In this document: positions 50,510 through 61,744 of the stretch, piece after piece
Layout of the letters: each line of letters begins with the position of its first letter
Numbering within the stretch: the stretch's first letter is position 1
From: Ginglymostoma cirratum
Taxonomy: Eukaryota
Direction: 5' to 3'
DNA: 64,000 nt
NCBI GenBank assembly: GCA_024137785.1
Contig: JAHRHZ010000108.1
Span: forward strand, 2,758,855 to 2,822,854
Notes under the pieces: model-generated
Database searches by the model: none
Seen by the model: the letters and a program-made list of their open reading frames with translations, nothing else
Told to the model about the DNA's origin: nothing
Made by a program: the position numbers and the translations under genes

Positions 50510-52372
50510 TTTGCAAGGGAAAGCTGTTGAAATTGGCAGACAAGCTGGAGTTGGGGTTGCTTCTGTCTGTGAGAAAAGGAGAGGTGATTACAGCAACAAC
50601 TCGACATTTAAATTTGCTGGAAATGTGATGGAAATCTTTGGAAATGGCTAGAATTCAATTGCAAATGAAGGGAACCGAAACAGTTTGAATTGCAGTTAAA
50701 AGCAGAGGAAAGAGAAATGGAAAGAATTGGCCTGGGAGAACAAAAAGAAAAGGAGAGGGAGGCCCTAGCAGAAGAAAGGGAGAAACAGCGAGAGTTTGAA
50801 CTTCAGAAGTTGGCAATTAGACAGGAAGGTTGACTTAAAAGAGTGGAGGTGAAGGTAGAAGGCAAGCTTAGTGAGAAGGGTAGTGAGGATGAGCAAACCT
50901 TTCATAGCCAAAGGGCTGCTGGGGATCTGGTTAAACATGTCCAAGCATTGTCTAAGTTTGTTGAGAAGGATATAAGAGCCTGCAGACGTTCCAGGAATCT
51001 AAGGAGGGGTCCTGGTCATATGTACATTGAGTTTGAAAGGATCAAACAAAGTGTGAGTGATAGAAATTGAGGAAAAGAGAAATTTTCAGGCAGTAAAGGA
51101 AAAGTAAATCTCATTGAAGATACTAAAGGTAGCTTACCACAGGGTAAAAAGGAAACCCATGAGAGGGAATGAGAAGTTTAAAAGCTCAGGTGTTTTCACA
51201 GCAATAAAGTAGGCCACATGAAGTCACTGTGTTGTTGGTTTGGAAAAAGCACTGGCAAGACGGATGTAGGAAAACAGGATAAGCCAATGAATTTTGTTAA
51301 AGTGCTGAAGGAAAGCACAGTGGAGGCTAAAAAGCCGCACCAGAATCTACAACCTGGTCAGAAGTTGGTTAAGAAGGAAGAGACAGATCTTCTTAAACTA
51401 TTTACTTAGCGAAGGTAAGGTTTACTCACATAGGCCAGGAGCAGCAGGTAAAGAAATTACAGCATTAAGAGATACGGGATCATGTCAATCTTTGTTCTTG
51501 AGAGATGAGGAGACATGTAATTCAGAAGGACTATTGCCATAAAACGTGGGAATACGTGTAAGTCATGGTGCTCCATTACGTAAAGTGAGGTTAGATTGTC
51601 TGGTGAAAAGTGGAGAAGTGGTGGTAGGAGGACTGGAGGAACCACAATTTGTCCTTGGTAACATTATTGCTGGATTACAGGTAGGAGTGCTGCCAACTGT
51701 GGTTGAAAAACCAGTGGGAAATCAGGCAACTGAGGTATTACCGGAAGTATATCCTGGGATTTTTGCTGACTGTGTGATAATGAGGTTACAAAGCCATCAG
51801 TTGAAATAGGAGAAGAAATCAACGAATCAAAGGTAAGGAAGTTGAAGTATAATTAACGGAAACTATGTTTGATCGAATGGTTTAGAAAGAGCAAGAACAG
51901 ATAAAGGACAAAGTGGATATCTTTAGTCCAGAGAAATTAACTGAGTTTCAACAGAAAGGTGAGAAACTGAAGAAATTGAATCAAAAAGCAGGCACAGAAG
52001 GAGAATCTGAGAGTATTCCCGAATGTTACTATCATAACAATGATTTCTTAGTAAGAAAATTGAGACCATCACAAATTCAGGCAATGGGCAGAAGGTCATC
52101 AAGTTGTATTTCCAGTGGGTTATAGAAAGGAGGTGTTGTGGGTAGCACATGAATTACCAGTAGGAGGTCAATTAGGGGTAAGAAAAACCCAAGCCAAAAT
52201 ACAAAACCATTTTTTTTACTGGCCCGGACTGCATAAGGATATCGTTGTATTTTGCCAGATGTCACACATGTCAGGTCGTTGTAAAACCCCAGATAATGAT
52301 AAAAGATTTAAGATCTATTCCTGCATTCAAGGAAGCTTTTACAAGGGTCTTAATTGTTTGCATAGAACCCCT
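50510..52372 (+). mobile_element. Gmr1-type Gypsy LTR retrotransposon remnant (gag CCHC, protease, integrase N-terminus)
   Basis: CFHSNKVGHMKSLC knuckle at 51191; LRDTG protease at about 51465; AHELPVGGQLG..YWPGL..C integrase Zn domain follows with no RT in between. Confidence 0.8.
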
Positions 52373-53290
52373 TGGCATCAAGGCCGCATTTAACCGAGTG
52401 TGGCATCAATGATTCTGAGAAAAACTGAAATCAATGGATATCAAGGGGTAAACGCACTGCTATTTGGAGTCATACCTGGCACAAAGGAAGATGGTTGCAG
52501 TCACTGGGGGGGTCAATCATCTCAGCTCCAGGATATCTCCTCCAGAGTTCCTCAGGGTGGCGTCCCAGACTCAACCATCTTCACATGCTTCCTCAATGAC
52601 CTTCCCCTCAACATAACATCAGAAGTGGGAATGTTTGCCAAGTATTGTATTCAGCACTAGTCATCCACAGATACTGAAGCAGTCCATGTTCAAATATAAC
52701 AAGATCTGGATAATATCCAGGGTTGGGCTGACAAGTGGCAAAGAGCATTTGCACCACACGCCTATCCATCATCTACAGGAAACAAATCAAGAGTGTGTCA
52801 AAATGCTCCCCATTTGCCTGGATGGGTGCAGCTTCACCAACACTTAAGAAGATTGACACCAACCAGGATAAAGATGCCTGCTTGATTGGTATCACATCCA
52901 CAAATATCCACACCCTCGTCCACCTTTGCTCAATACCAGCAGGGCGTACTATCTACAATATGCACTGCAGAAATTCACCAAAGATCCTTAGACAGCCCTT
53001 TGCAAACCTTCAATCATTTCTATCTAGAAGGATGAGGGCAGCCCACATCCTTGTGGAAACACAATCACCTCGAAAGTTCCCCTCCAGACCATTCACCATC
53101 TTGGCATGGAATTAAGTCACTGTCACTGGGTTAAAATTCTGGAATTCTCTCCCTCACAGTATTGTGGCTTGATCCTTAGGAATGTAGACGGCAGTGGTTC
53201 AAGTAGGCACCTCACCACCACCTTCTCAGTGGCAACTAGAGCCAAGCAATAAAGGCTGGTCAGCCAGCAATGCCGATTTCTCACAATTTT
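52373..53290 (+). mobile_element. L2/CR1-group LINE RT fragment with 3' tail; related minus-strand pieces at 12797-13035 and 42400-43720
   Basis: IKAAFNRVWH, VPQGG, FLNDL; 3' tail CACCACCTTCTC..GGCAACTAG. Confidence 0.75.
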
Positions 53291-54581
53291 TTTGTTAAAT
53301 CATCCATTAATGAGGAAACATCTTTCATTGGCCCAGAGATTTTCATTTATTTAATTTTGCATTCTGGCATGTTCTCCTACTGTCACACTCTACAAGCTCT
53401 GTGGTCAACCATTTTGCAAATCACAAAGAAACATTAGTACAATTGCAAAAATATAATGCCTTCATAATTTTTGATATTGAGCAAAGATGTCATTACGATC
53501 ATATCATCAATCAGCAAACGACTTTCACAGTTCTGCTGCGCATTGTACGGAATTCATCAGGCTTGGAAAGGTAATCAGCATGGAACATTTAGAAATTCTG
53601 TCTGACACATCAGATGAACTTCAGTGGATTGTTCAGTTTCACAAGTAGTTTAAATTAATTAATTGTTATGTCCCTGATTAAACCAGATATGTGGGAATTT
53701 AAATAAAAGATTAACTGATTGGCTCGATCAACACAGTGCTTTAAGTGTCTTCAGTCCATCTATTTTAAAGATGTACAGTTATGGCTTCCAACAACATGAG
53801 TCCCTCTTTAGGATGCAACTGGTTATGTGCTCGCAGTTAGATTCTAAATTAAACCTTCATGGAAAATACTGCTGGTAATATAGAAAATGCCTTAAGTACC
53901 CATGACTTCAGAAATATGCAAAGATTACAAGCTTGAGGAAGGCAGTATCTAGAGGACAGTAGAACATTTTCTTCATTTAAAAATATGAAAATGTATTATT
54001 TATTTTAATGTACGTGACTGAATATCTCTATGTAACAATGGGAAGTATATTGCTCACGTTTGTTCAGTGCCATGATCATAAATTTAGACCTTAGTAAAGT
54101 CGTGAAATACCCGGCAGAAACACATTTTCATTTGTTGCACATTTTTTTATTATTCTTCACTACAACCTGGTGAACAAGGAAATTAATTTACAACAACAAA
54201 ACAAACCCGACACTAAATAATCTTAATTTAATCAACATGAATGCGTTTCCACAATGGGATTCTGTTCTGATTATCACAGTCCGTTCAAAATCTCCAAAGT
54301 TCAGGAGAAGTTTGCAGAATATCAAAAATTAGTTTTGAGATCGAGACATTTCCTACTGAGCTGAACTCAGATTGTTGAAATAACCCTCCTTAATGATTCT
54401 GTGAATTACTTTGAATTATTAAGTTTATTAAAGTCAATAACACATGTTCAATGTGAAAATATTTTTCATTCTCATGAATTCTTACTCTCTGGCTCCACTC
54501 TTGTTCTGAAAATTAAGTTACAATGAATCTTTAACATTTGACTTGATAGATTGTACAGATCCATAAGCTGGGAACAAGACT

Positions 54582-54705
54582 ATTTCAGAACCCTCTGCCC
54601 CTCCCCCATTTCTGATGAAGGGTCTAGGCCCGAAACGTCAAGCTTTCCTGCTCCTATGATGCTGCTTGGCCTGCTGTGTTCATCCAGCCCCACGCCTTGT
54701 TATCT
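54582..54705 (+). mobile_element. Solo PLE family A terminus
   Basis: TSD AACAAGACT (54573-54581 / 54707-54715). Confidence 0.85.
54609..54642 (+). ncRNA. Minimal type I hammerhead ribozyme motif (PLE family A), best-conserved copy
   Basis: UUU-CUGAUGA-A-GGGU(CUAG)GCCC-GAAA-CGUC^AAG: core boxes, stem II, palindromic ACGU stem III and short stem I. Predicted cut after 54639. Confidence 0.75.
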
Positions 54706-55840
54706 TAACAAGACTGTCGTACTGTTTGTGTCTGCGCTATTGCCGTCAGTGTTGTCAGGACTTTGACATCAGGAACCTGCCTGAATGGCTGTAAACCTTT
54801 CATTTCTGTCTCCTGCATCTCAGCGACTTTATTTGTCATTGCACAAACACTTTTACCTGACGGGCAGCACGGTGGCTCAGTGGTTAGCACTGCTGCCTCA
54901 CAGCACCAGGGACCCGGGTTTGATTCCAGCCTCAGGCAACAGTCTGTATGGAGCTTGCACATACTCCCCATGACTGCGTGGGTTCCTTCTGGGTGCTCCG
55001 GTCTCCACACTGTGGGGACTCTATGATCATTCTATAAATGACCTTTGACCAAGTGCAAATCTGACCAAAAATGAGATCCCTGGTCAAATTGTAACAATAA
55101 TCTGCAGGAGTTTTGATTAGTTGTTAGAAGTAATAAATCTACCTTGGGGTTGCTTGATTAAGCAAGACAGAATTGTGTATTTAATCTGTGACCTGGCATG
55201 TTTAGTGGCACAATGTAGAAACCTAAGCTACACTTGCTATTTGAAAACCTATTGCAGACTCTTAATATTACTGACAAGGGGCAACGTATACCTCAAATGT
55301 ATTCATGCATTTCAACCATAGCAGGCCATTTAGCGTAGAGCAATTAGAAAGGGAGTTCCACTCGTGTGATCCAGTGGCCCCAAATTTACAGTAACATAGC
55401 TCCCAGTTGGGCTGGTTTATGTCCAGGGGTGAAACGTTACAGTGATCATGCTTCCCGTGCAAATTCTATCCTTGTCCTCCTAGGTGGTAGAGTTTTTATA
55501 TTTCGAAGGCATCAAAGAAATCTTGAGTAATTGTTGAAATGTAACTTTCATAGCGCAGAATTTGCACGGGAGCATTGGTGTTGCAAGGGATTGATGAATA
55601 ATATAGCCGAATGTGCATCAAACAGATGGGCTGAATTATGCTAGATAGTATCGAGCTCATTCTCTTCAGGGGTCTTGTGGTGCAGCGGTAGCCTAAAGTG
55701 TCACACACTGACAGGAACGTAGGAGCATAAACAAAGGAGTCAGGTATTCAGCCTGAGTCACTTAGTCTATAATGGACATTTATCTTGGGACAGCAGCTGG
55801 GAGACAGGAGGGACACAGTGACCGATACATTTACAAATCT

Positions 55841-56737
55841 AGGAGCAAATTACTGCAGATACTGGAATCTGTCCTGAAAACAAAACTTCTGTAAGTCACT
55901 GGCAGTCAGGCAGCATCTGAGGAGAGAGAGCAAGCTAACATTTCCAGTCTCGATGACTCTACATCAGACTTTTTGGCAAACTCCTTGCCAGACATCAGCA
56001 GTGAAATGGAAAGCAAGGTGAAAGAGGCAATTGGAATTGCTGTCAGATGGAAAAGCAAAACTTCTTCAGGGTGGGCATTCCTCGATTAGTCAGTCGATTA
56101 AACACAATGTCGGAGCAAACTACTGCAGATGGTGGAACCCGAACTGAAAAAAAAACCCGCTGGAAATCACAGAGGGTCAGGCAGCATCCGTGAAGAGAGA
56201 TGAAGCTAATGTTTCAGGTACAGATGGCTCTTCATTGGCCCCAAGACTGCTCCCCATAGCCGGTCATTTTAAAGCAGCATCCTGCTCATGTGCCCACTTG
56301 TCTGTCCTCGGCATGCCGCAATGCTCCAACGAATCACAGCACCAACAGGAGGAAGAACATCTCATCTTCAAACTGGGCACTTTACTACCTTCCTGACTTA
56401 ATATTGAATTCAACATCTTCAAATTGTGAACTCATTCCCATTTCTTCCCTTCCTTTCAGTTTCATTTGTTACATTCGCTGTCACCATGTCCTCTGTCTCC
56501 TCCCTCCACTTTAGTGGGACCATCTATTCTTTCCATCTTAACAGTTAGACATGCCATTGTTCTGCCACTCTCACTGTTTTATCAGCACCCTTTCTCCACC
56601 AGCACTCCAACCCCGCATGATCGCACAAATATGCTTCATGTCAGCTCTGACAGAGCATCATCTAGACTCAAAACAGTAGTTTACTCTGTCTCCACGGATG
56701 CTGCTTAACCCGCTGTAATTTTCAGCATTTCTTGTCT
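55841..56737. mobile_element. PLE family C copies (55841-55970; 56113-56737 with GIY-YIG C-terminal remnant); another at 35318-35480
   Basis: HLIFKLGTLLP*LNIEF GIY-YIG tail; degenerate CTGA..GAGTC..GACTC..AAA cores; inverted termini. Confidence 0.7.
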
Positions 56738-56739
56738 TA

Positions 56740-57152
56740 AAGCCTATAAATCTAGTGCAGTGCGGATTTGGGCCTAGTCATTACAGGGTTCTTGGTTTTC
56801 AGCAGCAGCTGCTGGGAGGTGGAGAGGGACGCAGTACGTAGTAAGCCCGTAAATATGGGTAGGTATGGATTCGGGCCTAGGCTTTACTGGGTTCTTAACT
56901 TGGGGCAGCAATAGCAGCTGGGAGGCAGGAAGGGACGCAGTAACTGGTAAGCCTATAAATCCAGCGTGGTAGGGATTTAGGCCTAGCCTTGATAGGGCAC
57001 TTTTCTCAGTGCAGCAGCAGCTGAGAGGCAGGGAGGAACACAGCAAATGGGAAGCCTGTAAGTCTAGCACGGGATGGATTCGGGCCTAGTTTTACAGGTC
57101 ACTTATCTTGGAACAGCCAGAGGTGGGAAGGGAAATAGTGACTGGTAAGCCC
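56740..57152 (+). repeat. Degenerate tandem repeat, about 95-106 bp x4, directly 5' of the CR1 remnant
   Basis: Units start at AAGCC (56740, 56843, 56949, 57052, 57147) and share GGATT.GGGCCTAG and CAGCTG(G)GAGG. A further partial unit lies at about 55750-55842. Confidence 0.8.
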
Positions 57153-57154
57153 TG

Positions 57155-59110
57155 TGATGTGGCAAAGGTTAGTGGGAAACTAGAGGATTGGGAAATCTTT
57201 AAAGGTCAATAGAAAGCCATGAGTGAAGTTATAAAGAGAGGTAAGATGGTTTATGAGAGTAAACTAGCTCAGAATATAAAAACAGATAGAAAAGGTTTCC
57301 ACAGATATAAAAAACAAAAAAGAAAAAGTGGCTAAGGTAAACTTTGGTCCTTTGCAGGATGAGAGGGGGATTTAATAATGGGAAATGAGGAAATTGCTGA
57401 GGCATTGAACGGGTAGCGTCTGTCGGTCTTCACAGCAGAACACACAAATAATATGTCAAAAGTTGATGATAAGGAGGATACGGCTGGTGAGGACCTCGAA
57501 ATGATCATTACCACTAAAGAGTAATGTTAGGTAAGCTAATGGGGCTGAAGGTAGAAAAGCCTCCTGGTCCTGATTGATTGCATCGCAGGGTATTAAACAA
57601 GATGGCAGGGGAAATAGCAAATGCGCTTGTGGTAATTTACCAAACTTCACTGGTCTCTGGGGCGGTTCCGGCAGATTGGAAAACATCGAATGTGATGCCA
57701 CTGTTTAAAAAAAAGAGGTAGACAAAAGGCGGGTAACTCTAGGCCCGTTAGGTCAACTTCTGCAGAGGGCAAAATGCGTGACTCTATAATAAAGGAAGAA
57801 ATAGCGAGACATCTGCATAGATGCAGATCTATCATGCAGACCCACCATGGGATCATGAAAGGCAGGTCACATTTAACTAATTTGCTGGAATCCTTTGAGG
57901 ACATTCCAGGCACAGTGGGCTACAGGGAACCGGTGGATTTGGATTTCCAGAAGGCATTCGACAAAGTGCCACACAAAAGGCTGCTGCATTAGATAAAAGT
58001 GCACGGCATTGCCAGTAATGTATCAACATGGGTAGAAGATTGGATAACTAACAGAGCACAAAAAGTAGGGACAAATAATTGTTTTTTGGTTGGCGATCAG
58101 TGGCTAGTAGTGTGCTGCAGCTATCTACAATTTACATAGGTGATGTGGAGTTGGGGACCAAGCGTGGCGTGTCAAAGTTTGCAGATGACACTAAAATGAG
58201 TGGTCGAGCAAAGTGTGCAGAGGTCACTGAAAGCCTACAGAGGGATACAGATAGGTTAATTGAGTGGGCAAAGGTCTGCCAGGTGGAGTATAATGTTGGT
58301 AAATGTGAGGTCATCCATTTTGGTAGGAATAACAGCAAAATGGACTATTATTTAAATGGTGAAAAATTGCAGCATGCTGCTCTGCAGAGGGACTTGAGTG
58401 TCCTCATACATGAATCACAAAAAGTTGGCTTGCAGATGCAGCAGGATATTAAGAAGGAAAATGAAACATTGTCCTTCATTGCTAGAGGGATGGAGTTTAA
58501 AAATAGGAAGGTTATGTTGCAGCTGCATAGGGTGCTGGTGAGGCCAAACCTGGAGTACCGCGGGGATAATAGGAACTGCAGATGCTGGAGAATCCGAGAT
58601 AACAAGGTGTGGAGCTGCATGAACACAGCAGGCCAAGCAGCATCATAGGAGCAGGAAAGCTTGACGTTTCAGGCCTGGACCCTTCATCAGAAATTTTCAG
58701 GCCCGACACGTCAAGCTTTCCTGCTCCTCTGATGCTGCTTGGCCTGCTGTGTTCATCCAGCTCCACACCTTGTTATCCTGGAGTACTGCGGACAGTTTTG
58801 GTCTTTTTATTTGAGAAAGGATGTAATGACACTAGGGACGTTGCAGAAGAGGTTTACTAGATTGATTTCAGAGCTGAGAGGATTGGCTTGTGAGGAAGGA
58901 TTGAGTAAACTGAGACTATGCACATTAGAATTTAGAAGAATGAGGGGGGATTTTATAGAAATGTATAAAATTATGAAGACAATAGACAAGATAGAAACCA
59001 GTGAAGCAGTTGAGGCTACCTCATTAAATATTTTTAAGGCATAGGTCGAGTTTTGAACAGTAAAGGAATTAAAGGTTATGGTGAATAGGCAGGTAAGTGG
59101 ATCATAGTTT
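57155..59110 (+). mobile_element. CR1-clade LINE ORF2 remnant (RT)
   Basis: SHLTNLL, LDFQKAFDKVPH, KFADDTK, RPNLEYC and RRMRGD motifs, with frameshifts. Confidence 0.9.
58564..58776 (-). mobile_element. Hairpin mini-PLE family A inserted in a CR1 RT remnant
   Basis: Long inverted arms; 15-bp TSD CCTGGAGTACCGCGG / CCTGGAGTACTGCGG interrupts the CR1 RPNLEYC frame. Confidence 0.9.
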
Positions 59111-59279
59111 ACAAGAGCAAGGAGGTAATGCTGGAGATAACACAATGTGGAGCTGGAGGAACACAGCAAGCCAGGCAGCATCAGAGGAGCAGGAAAGCTA
59201 ACGTTTCGGGTCGGGACCCTTCAAGGGGATAACTGTGTTATATCTGACTCCAACATCGGCAGTTCTTTCTATCTCTGAG

Positions 59280-60400
59280 GTAATTTTGGAGTTGTACAGA
59301 GCATTAGTCAGATCACAGCTGAAGTATTATGTAGTACTAGTCACCTAACTACAGGAAGGATGTGTTAACACTATAGTGGGTACAGAAGAGGTTCACCAGG
59401 ATATTGCTTGGGATGGAGAAATTGAGCTTTAAGGAGAGACTAGATAGAGCATAGAACATAGAACACGATGTTGTGCCGAACTTTTACCCTAAACCTAAGG
59501 TCTATCTAACCTCCACCCCTACCTTATACTATCATCCATATGCCTATCTAATAGCTGCTTAAATGCCCCTAATGAAGCCGACTCCACTATCCTCTCCGGC
59601 AATGCATTCCACGCCACTACCACTCTCTGAGTAAAGAACCTACTTCTGACATCTCCCCTATATCTACCTCCACTCACTTTAAAACTATGCCTCCTCGTAA
59701 TAGCTACCTCCACCCTAGGAAAAAGTCTCTGGCTGTCCACTCTGTCTATACCTCTGATCATTTTGTACACCTCTATCAAGTCACCTCTCATCCTTTGTCG
59801 TTCTAAAGAGAAAAGACCTAGTTTTCTCGACCTCTCCTCGTAAGACCTTCCCTCCATTTCAGGCAACATCCTGGTAAATCTCCTGTGCACCTTTTCCAAT
59901 GCTTCCACATCTTTCCTGTAATGAGGCGACCAGAACTGAACACAGTACTCCAGATGTGGCCGAACCAGGGTTTTGTCTAGTCTTGTATTGTTTTCTTTAG
60001 AGCAGAGAAGACTGAGGGGTGACATGACTGAGGTGTATAAGATTATGAGGGGCATGGAGAGGGTGAATAGAGAGCAGCTGTTCCCCTTGGTTGAGGGGTC
60101 AATCACGAGAGGACACAGTTTTAAGGTAAGGGGCAGGAGACTCAGAGGGAATTTGGGAAAAAAACTTTTTCATTCAGTGGGAGGTGGGAATCTGGATTGC
60201 ACTGCCTGGGAAGTTGAGGAGGCTGGAAATCTTACAACCTTTAAAGAAATATTTGGACGATGGCTTCAAATATCATAACATTCAAGGATATGGGACAAGT
60301 GCAGGAAAATTGGGATCAGCGCACTTTTAGTGGTAGTTATGTCAGAGTGGACTCAATGGGCCAAAGAGCTTTTTCCAGACTGAATGAATATGTGAATCTA
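59280..60400 (+). mobile_element. CR1 3' fragment containing a nested inverted CR1 3' fragment (about 59450-59972, minus)
   Basis: RRLRGDMTEVYKIM on +; RPHLEYCVQFWSP...RMRGDLIEVYK on -. Confidence 0.85.
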
Positions 60401-61744
60401 AACAAAGGAGTCAGGCATTTGGCCCTTGTGTTCTGCCATTCCATGAGATCAAAGTTGATCTGTGGTTCAACTCAATAGGACTGCCTTTGGCTCAGATCTC
60501 TTAATGCTGTTGCTTTACATAAAAAACTATCTCAGATTGAATGACCCAACTGCACATGATCTTATTGAAAAATCTGAACGTTTTTACTTACTTCTCCATA
60601 TGTGGTCCCGATGACTCAGTTGGTGGCCCGACTGTCAAATTCAGTTGTCCTGAAAGGAAAGACAATGACACAAACATCATCAAGAGAAAGTCATCAACTT
60701 AGTGGTCTCACCTAAGATTCCCTTTCACTCAAATTCTTGTTCTAATCCATTGACATTGTGATGAGTCACACCATGATGTATTATTCTGGTTTTTGCTTGC
60801 TGCCATATTTCTGTCACCATTCTCCAGCTTCAATTACTTCCTCTCATCCAATCTCACACATTTGTGGGTGGCACTGTGGCTCAGTGGTTAGCACTGCTGC
60901 CTCACAGCGCCAGGGACCCAGGTTCGATTCCAGCCTCGGATGACTGTCTGTGTGGAGTTTGCACATTCTCCCTGTGTCTGTGTGGGTTTCCTCCCACAAT
61001 CCAAAGATGTGCAGGTTAGGTGGATTGGCCATGCTAAATTGCCCATAGTGGTCAGGGAGGTGTAGATTAGGTGGGTTACAAGGGGACAGGTGTGGTTGGG
61101 ATACTCCAAGGTTTGGTGTGGACTTGTTGGGCTGAAGGGCCTGTTTCCACACTGTAGGGATTCTAGATATTTCTAGAACAAACATGCTTATTCAACTCAT
61201 TACCATCCAATCTCACCCATGAGGCCTGGGGACATTTTACAGTCTCATATTTACTGCATCTGCTCATTCTCAGAAAATTTCAAATCAACAATACATTTGA
61301 ATCTTAATGTAGTATCTTATTTGTATGTCTGTGTGCAGGCTTAATGGTTTTGAAATGCCTGATTCTCAATATATAAGAACATAAGAACTAGGAGAAGGAT
61401 AAATAATTCAATCCCTCAAGCCTGTTCCACTATTTATTATGACCATGCGTGATCTCATCTCAGCCTCAGTTCTACTTTCCCGCCTACTCTTCATAATCTT
61501 TCGCTCTGTTAAAAGTCTATCTCCTCAAATCTACTCAATACCTTGGCCTCCACCATCCTCTGGGGTGGTGAACACCACAGATTCATGTTCCTTTGAGAGA
61601 AATAATTTCCCCGCATCTCTATTTTAATTCTGCTACACCTTTTCCTAAAACTATGACCTCTCATTCTAGATTCCCACACAGAAAGAAACATCCCCTCCAT
61701 CTACTCTGTCAAGCCCCTTGGATGCCTCAATTATATCGATCGTC

